Source: Planctomycetota bacterium (GTDB taxonomy: Bacteria > Planctomycetota > MHYJ01 > WSZJ01). From it: DNA of 64,000 nucleotides. The translations under genes were made by a program, and so were the position numbers. Below, one piece after another: positions 1 through 9,421 of this stretch (its first letter is position 1; the number at the start of each line of letters is the position of its first letter). The stretch lies in contig JBBTCT010000001.1 in NCBI GenBank assembly GCA_038060895.1, positions 32,001 to 96,000 of the forward strand, given 5' to 3'. Below the pieces are notes generated by a model, which saw nothing but the letters and a program-made list of their open reading frames with translations, searched no databases and was not told where the DNA came from.

Positions 1-2
1 CG

Positions 3-251
3 GAGGCGGAACAGCTCCGGCTCTGCTGCGGCGTCGGGTACGGACCGGTGTTCCGGTTCGGGCGCGAGGCCTTCGGCGCACAGGTGAATCGCGCGGCGAA
101 GCTCGGCGAGGATCTCGCGGGAGAGGAACAGGTCTTCGCCACGGAAGAAGCCGTCGCCGCGGCGGGCGCGGGATTCCACTGGCACCCGCGCAAGATCGTC
201 CGCTTCAAGGCGTTCAAATTCCCGTGGCGCGAACTCAAATGGACGGTGTAG
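3..251 (+). CDS. Class III adenylate/guanylate cyclase domain protein, C-terminal part (truncated by window start)
   Basis: Frame is open from base 3: LRLCCGVGYGPVFRFGREAFGAQVNRAAKLGEDLA matches the GxGxG...FGxxVNxAA(R/K)L cyclase motif. Confidence 0.7.
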   Translation, partial: EAEQLRLCCGVGYGPVFRFGREAFGAQVNRAAKLGEDLAGEEQVFATEEAVAAAGAGFHWHPRKIVRFKAFKFPWRELKWTV

Positions 252-1213
252 GGGCGGAAGACACCGTCGGCGCCCGCCGGCGTGCCCGCGCGGTGTGGGG
301 ACTGGTGTTCTGCACGCTGTTCTGGGGCGCGACGTTCTTCCTGATGAAGACGGGGAGCGAGAGGATCGCCGAAAAACTTCCCGAAGCGGATCGCGACTGG
401 GCGCCGCTCCTGTTCCTCGCGGCACGCTTCACCCTGGCTTCGCTCGCCTTCCCGATTGTGTTCCCGCGGCTCTTCAGCGGCGCCCGGAACTCGATTCGCT
501 GGGGTGTAATCGCCGGCGTGCCATTCTCCGTCGGGTTCATGCTGCAGATTTACGGGCTGCGCGAAGTGGACCCCGCCGTCTCCGCTCTTTTCACGAGCAT
601 GTTCGTGGTCTTCACGCCGTTGCTCGGTCGCTTTCTGTTCGGGAAGCGGACCACGGCGGCGGTGGCGCTCGCAATCGCCTGCGCTGTTCTCGGCCTGTGG
701 CTGGTCACCGGCGCGGGAAAATCGGGAATGCCGCACTTCGGCCGCGGCGAGTGGCTGTCGCTCCTCTGCGCGCTCGTGTTTTCCTTCCAGATCCATGCGA
801 CGGACGTCGGGACGAAAAAGTGCGACCCGATCGGGCTGGCATGGCACCAGGTGACGTTCGGGGCGCTGGCGTGCGCCCTGCCGATCCTCCTGGTGCGCCC
901 CTCGGCATTCGCGGCACTGCCGGCGGCGCTTCCCCACCCTTCCGTCTGGCTCGGGATCGCATTCACCGCCATTCTCGCGACCGTCGGCTCAATGGCGCTG
1001 ATGTCGCACTTCCAGCGGTTTCTCTCGCCCAACCACGCCGCCGTCGTCTACACGCTCGAACCCGTCTTCGCGGGGATTTTCTCGGCCATCTTCTTCTCGG
1101 AAGGATTCGGCGCCGCGAAGCTGGTCGGAGGCGGGCTCATCCTCGCGGGCAACCTGGCGTGCGGGATCCGCGGGAACCCCGAAGAGCCCTCGAAGGAACC
1201 CGGAAGCGCGTGA
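224..1213 (+). CDS. DMT/EamA family transporter
   Basis: About 10 hydrophobic segments; FWGATF, RFTLA and YTLEPVFA motifs. Start may be ATG 239. Confidence 0.9.
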   Translation: MARTQMDGVGAEDTVGARRRARAVWGLVFCTLFWGATFFLMKTGSERIAEKLPEADRDWAPLLFLAARFTLASLAFPIVFPRLFSGARNSIRWGVIAGVPFSVGFMLQIYGLREVDPAVSALFTSMFVVFTPLLGRFLFGKRTTAAVALAIACAVLGLWLVTGAGKSGMPHFGRGEWLSLLCALVFSFQIHATDVGTKKCDPIGLAWHQVTFGALACALPILLVRPSAFAALPAALPHPSVWLGIAFTAILATVGSMALMSHFQRFLSPNHAAVVYTLEPVFAGIFSAIFFSEGFGAAKLVGGGLILAGNLACGIRGNPEEPSKEPGSA

Positions 1214-1451
1214 GCGTCACGAGCTGCAACTTCAGCCTTCTCGGCCATCGTTTGATCTCCGCTTCCCGCCGGAGCGCCGCCCCCTGCGTCCGACGGATTT
1301 CGCTCCAGATCACCCGCACCGGCCCGCGGCCACGGGTGTATTTCGCGCCGCGGCCGGAATCGTGCTGCGCGACGCGGCGGTCAAGATCCCGGGCGATCCC
1401 CGTGTAAAGGGTGTCGTCCTTGCACCGAAGCAGATAAACGGTCCAGGGCAT
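1137..1451 (-). CDS. Stand-alone GIY-YIG nuclease (YhbQ/UPF0213-like)
   Basis: MPWTVYLLRCKDDTLYTGIARDLDRRVAQHDSGRGAKYTRGRGPV...ALRREAEIKR, found in the tail of track ORF 1137..2690. Confidence 0.9.
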   Translation of the reverse strand: MPWTVYLLRCKDDTLYTGIARDLDRRVAQHDSGRGAKYTRGRGPVRVIWSEIRRTQGAALRREAEIKRWPRRLKLQLVTLTRFRVPSRALRGSRGSRTPGCPRG

Positions 1452-1568
1452 CCGGGGAGTTATCGTCGCAGAACGGCCCCGCGCTTCAACGATCGCCACA
1501 CGCAACCGGTCGCAGCGCTTCGCTTTGCGCCCAACTGTGCGTTGATTCCGGCGTATCATTCTCATCCC

Positions 1569-2624
1569 TTGAAGCGTCTCCTTGCTTGCCTGCTCACCTT
1601 TTCCCTCGCCACCGGCTGCGGTTCGGGGGACGGCACGGGCGACAAGGGCGGCGGCAAGTGGGGGAAGAAGTCCGGCGCTCCGGCGGAAGCGGTGCCGGTG
1701 AAGACGGAGAAGCTTGGCCGGGGGCCGATCGCCCTTCGGCTTCTCACGACCTCGACGGTGGACCCCGTGCGCCGCGTCGAGATGGTTTCGAAGGCCGCGG
1801 GGATCGTGAAAGAGCTCCTGGTCGTCGAGGGAGCGACGGTTGCGGCGGAGGCCATCCTGGCGCGGCTGGAGGACGAGTCGCTCGCGCTGGCGAAAGTGAA
1901 AGCCGAAGTGAGCGAGAAGAAGGCGAAGGACGACTACGAGCACATGAAGACGCTTCTCGCAGAAAAATACGTGAGCGTGGACGAGTTCCGCAAGGCGGAG
2001 CAGGCGTGGCAGACGGCGAAGCTGGAAGTGGACTCGGCCAACCTGGCGCTGGCGAATGCGACGGTGAAGGCGCCGATTGCCGGGACGGTCACGCGGCTGG
2101 ATCTGCAGTTGGGAAAGCACATCCCGGCGAATGCCGTGTTCGGCGAGATCACCGACCTGTCCGAGCTGGAGTGCGTGATTTACGTGCCCGAAAAAGACGT
2201 GCTCCGGTTGAAGGAAGAGCAGCCGGCCGAAGTGTCGAGCGAGTCGCTGGAGGCGCAATTCAGGGCCGCCGTGAAGCGGATCAACCCGGTGATCGACCGG
2301 GCGAGCGGGACGGCAAAGGCATTCCTGTCGATTTCGGATCCCGAAAAACGGCTGCGTCCGGGGATGTTCATCGATGTGTCGATCGTGCTGGAGCCGCACG
2401 ACAAGGCGCTCCTCGTCCCGAAACGTGCGCTCGTCTTCGACGAGGGGCGGCCTGGTGTGTTCATGAAGAAGGGCGAGGAAGCGAAGTGGTCGGAGCTGGA
2501 GCTGGGGTTCCAGGAGAAGGACATTGCGGAGGTGGTGAAGGGAGCTACGGAGGGGGACGAGGTGATCGTGGTGGGGCAGAGCGGGTTGAAGGATGGGACG
2601 AAGGTGAAGGTGATGGCGGAATGA
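1569..2624 (+). CDS. RND efflux periplasmic adaptor (membrane fusion protein), lipoprotein
   Basis: Lipobox LATGC; lipoyl/hairpin motifs ATVKAPIAGTV and LRPGMF. TTG start chosen from the signal peptide and an upstream TATCAT. Confidence 0.9.
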   Translation: MKRLLACLLTFSLATGCGSGDGTGDKGGGKWGKKSGAPAEAVPVKTEKLGRGPIALRLLTTSTVDPVRRVEMVSKAAGIVKELLVVEGATVAAEAILARLEDESLALAKVKAEVSEKKAKDDYEHMKTLLAEKYVSVDEFRKAEQAWQTAKLEVDSANLALANATVKAPIAGTVTRLDLQLGKHIPANAVFGEITDLSELECVIYVPEKDVLRLKEEQPAEVSSESLEAQFRAAVKRINPVIDRASGTAKAFLSISDPEKRLRPGMFIDVSIVLEPHDKALLVPKRALVFDEGRPGVFMKKGEEAKWSELELGFQEKDIAEVVKGATEGDEVIVVGQSGLKDGTKVKVMAE

Positions 2625-2634
2625 CGGCGAAAGA

Positions 2635-2764
2635 CAAATCCCAAATCCCAACTCCAACCCCAAAACGACCCCGAAATGCCCACCGCCCAACCCAGACTGA
2701 AGTCCGAGGCCACCAAGTCGTTCGGTTGTCTGAAACTGGAGTTGGAGTTGGGATTTGGGATTTG
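2635..2764. repeat. Intergenic palindrome, CCAAAT/CCAACT family, copy 1
   Basis: Perfect 24-bp inverted repeat caaatcccaaatcccaactccaac at 2635-2658 and 2741-2764. Confidence 0.9.
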
Positions 2765-2791
2765 CCTTAAGCGCATTTCCCCCGCTCCCCG

Positions 2792-5700
2792 ATGAAATCC
2801 CTCCCCTCCGGCTTCTTCGGCTTCACTGTCTCCCGCCCCGTCGCGGTCTTCATGATCACGACTGCCTTCGCGGTCTTCGGCGCGGTCTCCTACCGCCGCC
2901 TGTCGCTCAACCTCATGCCGGACATTTCCTATCCCTCGGTGACCATCCGCACGGAGATGGAGGGTGCCGCTCCCGAGGACGTCGAGCGCGGCGTGACGGA
3001 GCCGGTCGAAGAGGCCGTCGGGGTCGTCGGCGGTCTCGTTCAGCTCACAAGCGTTTCACGCGCCGGGACGAGCGACGTCACCCTAGAGTTCGAATGGGGA
3101 ACGAAGATCGAGACGGCTCTTCAGGAAGTCCGGGAAAAACTCGATCACCTGCAGCTGCCGCGGGAAGCAAAGCGCCCCGTGCTGTTGCGTTACGACCCGA
3201 ACCTGGACCCGATCATGCGGATCGGGATCAGCGGGAACCGGGGACTGGTCGCGCTTCGATCGCTCGCGGACGAGGACGTGCGGCGCTCGCTTGAGAGCAC
3301 TTCCGGCGTCGCCGCGGTCAAGGTTCGCGGAGGGCGCGAAGAGGAGATCCACGTCGAGGTTCACCGGGCGGCGCTGGCGCAGCTGGGGCTGGACCCGCGC
3401 GCAGTCGCCGAGCGGCTCGGGCAGGAGAATCTGAACCAGCCCTCGGGGTCGCTCATCGAAGGCGACGTTCAGTACCTCGTGCGGACGCTGAACGAGTTCC
3501 GGTCCCAGGCGGAGCTTGGCGAAATCGTCCTGTCGCGCAAGGACGACCGTGTCGTGAAGCTGAAAGATGTCTCGACGATCCTCCGCGTCTCGAAGGACCC
3601 GAAGATCCTGGCACGGATTGACGGGCGTGAAGCGGTGCTGCTGGACATCTACCGCGAAGCGGACGCGAACATCGTCGGGGTCGCCGACGCCGTGCGCGAG
3701 CGGCTTGAGGGGGTGCCGCCGCCGTGGTGGCAGAAATACGGTAAGGGCGGCGAGGCGGAAGAGGACAGAGACAGGATCCGGCTCCCTGCGGGGATCCAGG
3801 CCACGATCCTCACCGACCAGAGCACCTTCGTCCGCTCGGCCATCGATGCGGTCTACTCGGCGGCGTGGCAGGGCGCCCTGCTTGCCGTCATCGTCCTCTT
3901 TCTGTTCCTGCGGTCGCTCACGGACACGCTGATCATCGGCGTGTCGATTCCCCTTTCGATCGTGACGACTTTCGGGGCGATGCACCTCTGCGGCATCTCG
4001 CTGAACGTGATGTCGCTGGGGGGGCTTGCGCTCGGCGTCGGCATGATGGTGGACGCATCGATCGTCGTGCTCGACTCCATCGCGCGGTGCCGCGACGAGG
4101 GGGACGACCGCGCGACCGCGGCGGTGCGCGGCACGCGCGAAGTCGGGCTCGCCGTGTCGGCCAGCGTGCTCACGACCGTCGTCGTCTTCTTCCCGATCGC
4201 CTTCATCGAGGGAATCGCGGGCCAGATTTTCCGCGATCAGGCGCTCACGGTCTGCATCTCGCTCATGGCCTCCATGGGCGTGTCGCTCTTCTTCGTGCCG
4301 ATGCTGTCATCGCGGGAATGGAAGAAACCCGAAGTGCGGCTCCCGGTGGGAAAGATCTTCACGCTCGACTACGTCCGCCGTGCGCGTGCGGGATTCGCGG
4401 CCCGCACCGTCACGGGAATCGCCGACGGACTTCTTTCGCTGCTCTTGCTCCCCGTGGCGGCCGTCCTCGAGCTTCACATTCAGCCCCTCGTCTGGTTCTT
4501 CTGGGCGCTGACCTGGCTGCTGGTCTGGATCGTTCGCATCCTGGGATTCGTCGCCGGCTGGGCCGTCTTTCCGCTGCTGTGGGTCTTCACAAAGGGAATG
4601 GACCGCCTGAACGTGTTCTATCCCGCCGCCCTGCGCATCGCGCTTCGCAGCAAGCTCATCCTCGCCGCCGCTTCCGTCGCCGTGGCCCTGGGGACCGTGT
4701 CGCTCGTCCCCCGCCTTGAACAGGAACTCATCCCGACCATGCACCAGGGAGAGTTTATTCTCGAAGTGTCGCTTCCGGTCGGAACCCCGATCGAGCGCAC
4801 GGACGCAGAGGTCAGCGCGCTCGAGAAGGCCATCCTCGCTACGCCGGGCGTGGCGCGCGTGGTGTCGGCGGTGGGCGTCGAGGACGACGCGAATCGCCGG
4901 GAGAGCGAGGGCGAGAACACGGCGCGCATCCGCGTCGCGCTCAAGCCCGCCGACGACCTCGAGGCCGCGGAACGCCAGGTCCTCCTCGCCCTCCGCGAAC
5001 GGTTCTCTTCTATTCCCGACGTCACCGTGCAGGTCGCCCATCCCGTGCTGTTTTCATTCCGCACGCCGCTCGAGCTGGAAGTCCGCGGGCACGACCTCGC
5101 GCAGATCCGCCGCTCCGCCCGCGACGCCGAGCAGGCGCTGGCGAAGCTTCCGGGCCTCACCGACGTCCGTTCCACCGTCGGCCGCGGCTCGCCGGAAATC
5201 CGGGTGACCTACAACCGCCCGAAGCTGGCGGAGTACGGGCTCGACATCAACGCGGTGGCCTCGATCGTGCAGAACCAGGTGCTGGGAACGGAAGCGACGA
5301 AGTTATCGGAGGAGGACCGGAAGGTGCCGGTGCGGGTGTCGGGCGAAGACCGGGATACCGGAGAGCTGGCGCGCGTGGCGGCGATCGTGGTGAACCCCGG
5401 GGCGGCGATCCCGGTGCGACTCGGGGCTGTGGCGACCTTTGCGCGGGCGGAGGGTCCGAACGAAGTGCGTCGCGTGGCGCACCAGCGTGCGGCGCTGGTG
5501 AGGGCGAACGTGAAGGGATACGACCTGGCCGGGGCGGCTCGGGAAGCGGAGCGGGCGGTTTCGCGGCTGCCAAGGGGGGAAGACGTGAGCTTCGTGATGG
5601 GCGGGCAGAGCCGCGAAATGCGATCCAGCGCGAACTCGCTGATCTTTGCGATCGTGCTGGCGGTCTTCCTCGTCTACGTCGTCATGGCCGCGCAATTCGA

Positions 5701-6127
5701 AAGCCTGCTGCACCCGTTCCTGCTGATGTTCACGGTGCCGATGGGGCTCGTGGGAACTGTGATCGCGCTCCTCGTGACGGCGACGCCGGTCTCGGTCGTC
5801 GTGGCAATCGGCGTGATCGTGCTCGCCGGCGTCACCGTGGACAACGGCATCGTCCTCATCGACGCCGCCAACCAGGTGCGCGCGACCGGCGCTTCCGCAA
5901 CCGACTCGATCCTCCGCGCGGCCAAAACCCGCCTCCGGCCGGTCCTCATGACCAGCCTCACCACGATGCTCGGCCTCGTCCCGATGGCGATCGGCATCGG
6001 CGACGGGGCCGAACTCCAGGCGCCCCTCGCCATCGCCGTTCTCGGCGGCTTGCTCTCCGCCACGTTCCTCACACTCATCCTCGTCCCCGTCCTCTGGCAC
6101 ACCGTTGAAGCGCGGAAGGACGCATGA
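2792..6127 (+). CDS. RND efflux transporter permease (AcrB/AcrD/AcrF family), subunit 1
   Basis: RPVAV, LMPDISYPSVTI, GMMVDASIVV and RLRPVLMTSLTT motifs; 1111 aa. Confidence 0.95.
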   Translation: MKSLPSGFFGFTVSRPVAVFMITTAFAVFGAVSYRRLSLNLMPDISYPSVTIRTEMEGAAPEDVERGVTEPVEEAVGVVGGLVQLTSVSRAGTSDVTLEFEWGTKIETALQEVREKLDHLQLPREAKRPVLLRYDPNLDPIMRIGISGNRGLVALRSLADEDVRRSLESTSGVAAVKVRGGREEEIHVEVHRAALAQLGLDPRAVAERLGQENLNQPSGSLIEGDVQYLVRTLNEFRSQAELGEIVLSRKDDRVVKLKDVSTILRVSKDPKILARIDGREAVLLDIYREADANIVGVADAVRERLEGVPPPWWQKYGKGGEAEEDRDRIRLPAGIQATILTDQSTFVRSAIDAVYSAAWQGALLAVIVLFLFLRSLTDTLIIGVSIPLSIVTTFGAMHLCGISLNVMSLGGLALGVGMMVDASIVVLDSIARCRDEGDDRATAAVRGTREVGLAVSASVLTTVVVFFPIAFIEGIAGQIFRDQALTVCISLMASMGVSLFFVPMLSSREWKKPEVRLPVGKIFTLDYVRRARAGFAARTVTGIADGLLSLLLLPVAAVLELHIQPLVWFFWALTWLLVWIVRILGFVAGWAVFPLLWVFTKGMDRLNVFYPAALRIALRSKLILAAASVAVALGTVSLVPRLEQELIPTMHQGEFILEVSLPVGTPIERTDAEVSALEKAILATPGVARVVSAVGVEDDANRRESEGENTARIRVALKPADDLEAAERQVLLALRERFSSIPDVTVQVAHPVLFSFRTPLELEVRGHDLAQIRRSARDAEQALAKLPGLTDVRSTVGRGSPEIRVTYNRPKLAEYGLDINAVASIVQNQVLGTEATKLSEEDRKVPVRVSGEDRDTGELARVAAIVVNPGAAIPVRLGAVATFARAEGPNEVRRVAHQRAALVRANVKGYDLAGAAREAERAVSRLPRGEDVSFVMGGQSREMRSSANSLIFAIVLAVFLVYVVMAAQFESLLHPFLLMFTVPMGLVGTVIALLVTATPVSVVVAIGVIVLAGVTVDNGIVLIDAANQVRATGASATDSILRAAKTRLRPVLMTSLTTMLGLVPMAIGIGDGAELQAPLAIAVLGGLLSATFLTLILVPVLWHTVEARKDA

Positions 6128-9100
6128 GGAAGAGCCGGCTGGCGACCCTGAGCGTCGAGAAACCCGTGACCATGATCATGGCGACGCTGGCGCTCATCGC
6201 CGTGGGCACCCTCGCCTACATGCGCCTTCCGGTCCAGCTCCTCCCCTCCGGCTTCACCCCGCCGTTCCTCTTCGTCCGCGTCCCCTTCCGCGACGGCACT
6301 CCCCGCGAAGTCGAGCGCTTCGTGACGCGTCCGGCCGAGGAAGCGCTCTCGACGGTGCGGAACATCGAGACGATCAACTCGCGAAGCGGCGCGAACGAAT
6401 CGCGGATGTGGATCGCGTTCCGCAACGGCACCGACATGGACGACGCGTACGCCGAGGTCCGCGACCGCATGGACCGCGCCATGGCGGAAATGCCGGCCGA
6501 CGTCGAGCGCTATCACGTCTACAAGTTCAACCCGAACTCCGACCCCGTGATGGAAATCGCGGTTTCGTACCCGGAGGACGAGGAGGACCTGCAGCGGCTC
6601 GAGCAGAAACTGCGCCGCGAGCTGGAACGGCTCCCGGGAGTCGCGAGCCTGGAGTTCGAAGGCCTCGTGGACGAGTCCATCCGCATCGAGATCGACCGGG
6701 ACAAGGCGAAAGCGGCGGGCGTCAACCTCTACCAGCTTGTCCAGCGCCTCCGCTCCGAAGATTTCACAATGGGCTCAGGCACCATCACGGAAGGCGGCGT
6801 CGAGCACACGCTCCGCTCGGTCGCGACGCTCGAAGGGCCGGCCGCCGTCGCCGCCCTCCCCGTGCGCCCCGGTGTTTCCCTTGGCGACGTGGCGGACGTC
6901 CACCCGGCGCTGTCCCTCCGCGACGTGATCAGCCGCATCGACGGGAAGCCCTCGATCTCGATCGAGATCTTCAAGGAAAGCGAAGCCAATACGGTCGAGG
7001 TCTGCAATGCCGTCCGAAAGGTGATCGAAGAGGAACTCCCCCGCGATCCGGAACTCGCCGGGACGAAGTTCTTCGTGCTGGAAGACTCCGGCAGGCTCAT
7101 CAGCAGCTCGATCGAGACCCTCGAGCAATCCGCGCTCCAGGGCGCGTTCTTCTCGCTCGTCATCCTCTGGATCTTCCTCCTGCGCCTCCGCCTGTCGCTC
7201 ATCATCAACGTCGCCGTCCCCGTCTCGATGCTCGTGACGCTGGTCGTCATGCACTTCACCGGCGAAAGCTTCAACATCGTGACCCTCATGGGCCTCACGC
7301 TCTCGATCGGGATGCTCGTGGACAACTCCGTCGTTGTCTCCGAGAACATCGACCGGCTGCGCCAGCTGGGAGTGCCGCCGCGCGAAGCCGCCGTCCGGGG
7401 CGCTTCGGAAGTCGCCCTCGCCGTGACGCTCTCGACCCTCACTTCCGTAGTCGTCTTCCTCCCACTCGCCCTCATGTCCGGCGACGGCATGATGCAGTTC
7501 TTCATGGGCCGCCTCGCCATCCCTCTCTGCGTCTCGCTGGGCGCCTCCCTGCTCGTATCGCTCGCCCTCATCCCCGCCGCCACCCTGTTCCTCGCCGGGC
7601 GCCGCACCCCGAAACCGCTGGCCCCGATCCGCTGGGTCGCCTCCGCCACAGGCGCGGGCGCCGGCTGGTGCCTCCGGCACCGCCTCGAAGTCGTCCTCGT
7701 CGCCGCAGCCGTCTGCGTCTCGATCATGTACCCGTTCGAGAAGATGGAAAAGTCGATGGAGCCCAGGGAACAGCGGCACGACCTCGAGGTCTTCTTCCGC
7801 TTCACCACCACCGGCTCCCTTGCTGAAAACGACCGCGCCATGCGCCTCATCGAGTCGGCCGTAACCCCTCACATGGCGGAACTCCAGGCGACCAACCGTC
7901 GCGTCCGCTTCCGCGAATCCTGGGGCCGCATGACGCTGTACCTCGACAAGCGGTCCCGCACCGATGAAGAGCGCGAGAAGCTGCTCGAGCAATTCAAGGG
8001 TTACATTCCCGTCATCGCGGGCGTCGAGGCGTCGTCCTCCTGGCGAGGCGGCCAGGGACGCGGCGGACAGGTTGATTTCCAGATCGTGGGGGATGATTCG
8101 GAAGCGCTGGCGGAGTTGTCCGAGGAAGTGAAGCGCCGCCTCAAGCTGCTTCCCGGCGTCGCGGACGTGACGACGGATCTCGAGTCCGGCTCGGATGAGA
8201 TCCGGGTGAAGGTGAAGCGCGAGCGTGCGAGCCGCGCGGGGATCGAGTCCTGGGTTGCCGCAGGAACGGTCTCGACGGCGCTTCGCGGCGCGCGGCTGCC
8301 CGATCTTCGAGTCGGGGGGCGCGAAGTGCCGCTGATCCTGCAGTTCCCCGAGGACGACCGCGAAAACCTGGCGCAGCTCGCGCAGATCTCTCTCTACCCG
8401 CCCGGCGGCGGCGGCCCCGTGCCGCTGGGTGCGCTGGCGGATTTCGAGTTCGCCAGGGGATTCGCGGCGATCAACCACGAAAATCGGAAGACGTCGATGG
8501 GCGTGCACGTGGTTGCGAAAGGCGACGACGTCTTCGGCCTCTCCGAAACGGTCAAGTCAGAGCTCGAACGGTTCCGATGGCCCCAGGGAACGTCGTACGA
8601 CATGGGCTCCTGGTCCCGGCGCTGGAAGGGAGAGCAGGGCGACTACACCTTCTCGCTCATCATGTCCGTGATCTTCGTCTTCCTCATCATGGGAATCCTT
8701 TTCGAGTCCTGGGTCCTTCCCTTCTCGGCCCTCGCCTCGATCCCCTTCGCCATCGTCGGCGCCTACTGGTTCCTGTGGGCCACCGACACGGCGCTGGACC
8801 TCATGGCGATCATCGGGATGGTCGTCCTCGTCGGCGTCGTCGTGAACAACGCCATCGTTCTGATCGACCGCATCAACCAGATGCGCGAAGAAGGCATGGA
8901 ACGCGCTGCCGCCTGCCGCGAGGCCACCGTCTCGCGCTTCCGCCCCATCTGGATCACGGCGCTCACCACGATCGTGGGCCTGATCCCGATGGCCTTCGGA
9001 GACGCGGGCGTGGCGGGCGTCCCCTACGCGCCGCTCGCGCGCGCGGTGGGAAGCGGGCTGCTGGTCTCGACGGTCTGCACGCTCTTCGTCGTGCCCGTCG

Positions 9101-9165
9101 TCTACACGCTCCTGGACGACGTGCGGGAAGGGGCGAGGAGGCTGGCGGCCAGGCTCAGAGCGTGA
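6124..9165 (+). CDS. RND efflux transporter permease (AcrB/AcrD/AcrF family), subunit 2
   Basis: KPVTM, GMLVDNSVVV and RFRPIWITALTT motifs; ATGA overlap with the upstream RND gene. Confidence 0.95.
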   Translation: MRKSRLATLSVEKPVTMIMATLALIAVGTLAYMRLPVQLLPSGFTPPFLFVRVPFRDGTPREVERFVTRPAEEALSTVRNIETINSRSGANESRMWIAFRNGTDMDDAYAEVRDRMDRAMAEMPADVERYHVYKFNPNSDPVMEIAVSYPEDEEDLQRLEQKLRRELERLPGVASLEFEGLVDESIRIEIDRDKAKAAGVNLYQLVQRLRSEDFTMGSGTITEGGVEHTLRSVATLEGPAAVAALPVRPGVSLGDVADVHPALSLRDVISRIDGKPSISIEIFKESEANTVEVCNAVRKVIEEELPRDPELAGTKFFVLEDSGRLISSSIETLEQSALQGAFFSLVILWIFLLRLRLSLIINVAVPVSMLVTLVVMHFTGESFNIVTLMGLTLSIGMLVDNSVVVSENIDRLRQLGVPPREAAVRGASEVALAVTLSTLTSVVVFLPLALMSGDGMMQFFMGRLAIPLCVSLGASLLVSLALIPAATLFLAGRRTPKPLAPIRWVASATGAGAGWCLRHRLEVVLVAAAVCVSIMYPFEKMEKSMEPREQRHDLEVFFRFTTTGSLAENDRAMRLIESAVTPHMAELQATNRRVRFRESWGRMTLYLDKRSRTDEEREKLLEQFKGYIPVIAGVEASSSWRGGQGRGGQVDFQIVGDDSEALAELSEEVKRRLKLLPGVADVTTDLESGSDEIRVKVKRERASRAGIESWVAAGTVSTALRGARLPDLRVGGREVPLILQFPEDDRENLAQLAQISLYPPGGGGPVPLGALADFEFARGFAAINHENRKTSMGVHVVAKGDDVFGLSETVKSELERFRWPQGTSYDMGSWSRRWKGEQGDYTFSLIMSVIFVFLIMGILFESWVLPFSALASIPFAIVGAYWFLWATDTALDLMAIIGMVVLVGVVVNNAIVLIDRINQMREEGMERAAACREATVSRFRPIWITALTTIVGLIPMAFGDAGVAGVPYAPLARAVGSGLLVSTVCTLFVVPVVYTLLDDVREGARRLAARLRA

Positions 9166-9272
9166 AAACAATCCGGTGAGTCAGGCTGCGTCGGCCCTGT
9201 GAGGGTAGTTTGAAACGTTTTCGTGGTGCGGGCCGACTCCGCCCGACACGCCGGATTGTTTTCACGCTCTGA
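9155..9272. repeat. Long hairpin / MITE-like inverted repeat overlapping the RND stop codon
   Basis: Perfect 22-bp inverted repeat tcagagcgtgaaaacaatccgg (9155-9176 and 9251-9272); the stem continues imperfectly for about 21 more bp. Confidence 0.85.
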
Positions 9273-9421
9273 AGCTCCCGTTCCATCGAGCTGCCGCCCG
9301 GAAAGCCGACAGCCCTCCATGAATTCTGAACGTTCAGCATTCAATTTTCATGGATCTGAATATTGAGTTGGTATCGCTCAATGTTCAAGGTGGTTCGAGG
9401 ACGTCAAACCGCTGAGACAAC

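Noticed and set aside
1137-2690. 517-aa track ORF as a single protein
   Set aside because: Only the last ~104 codons (GIY-YIG) are credible; the rest is antisense to the efflux adaptor gene.
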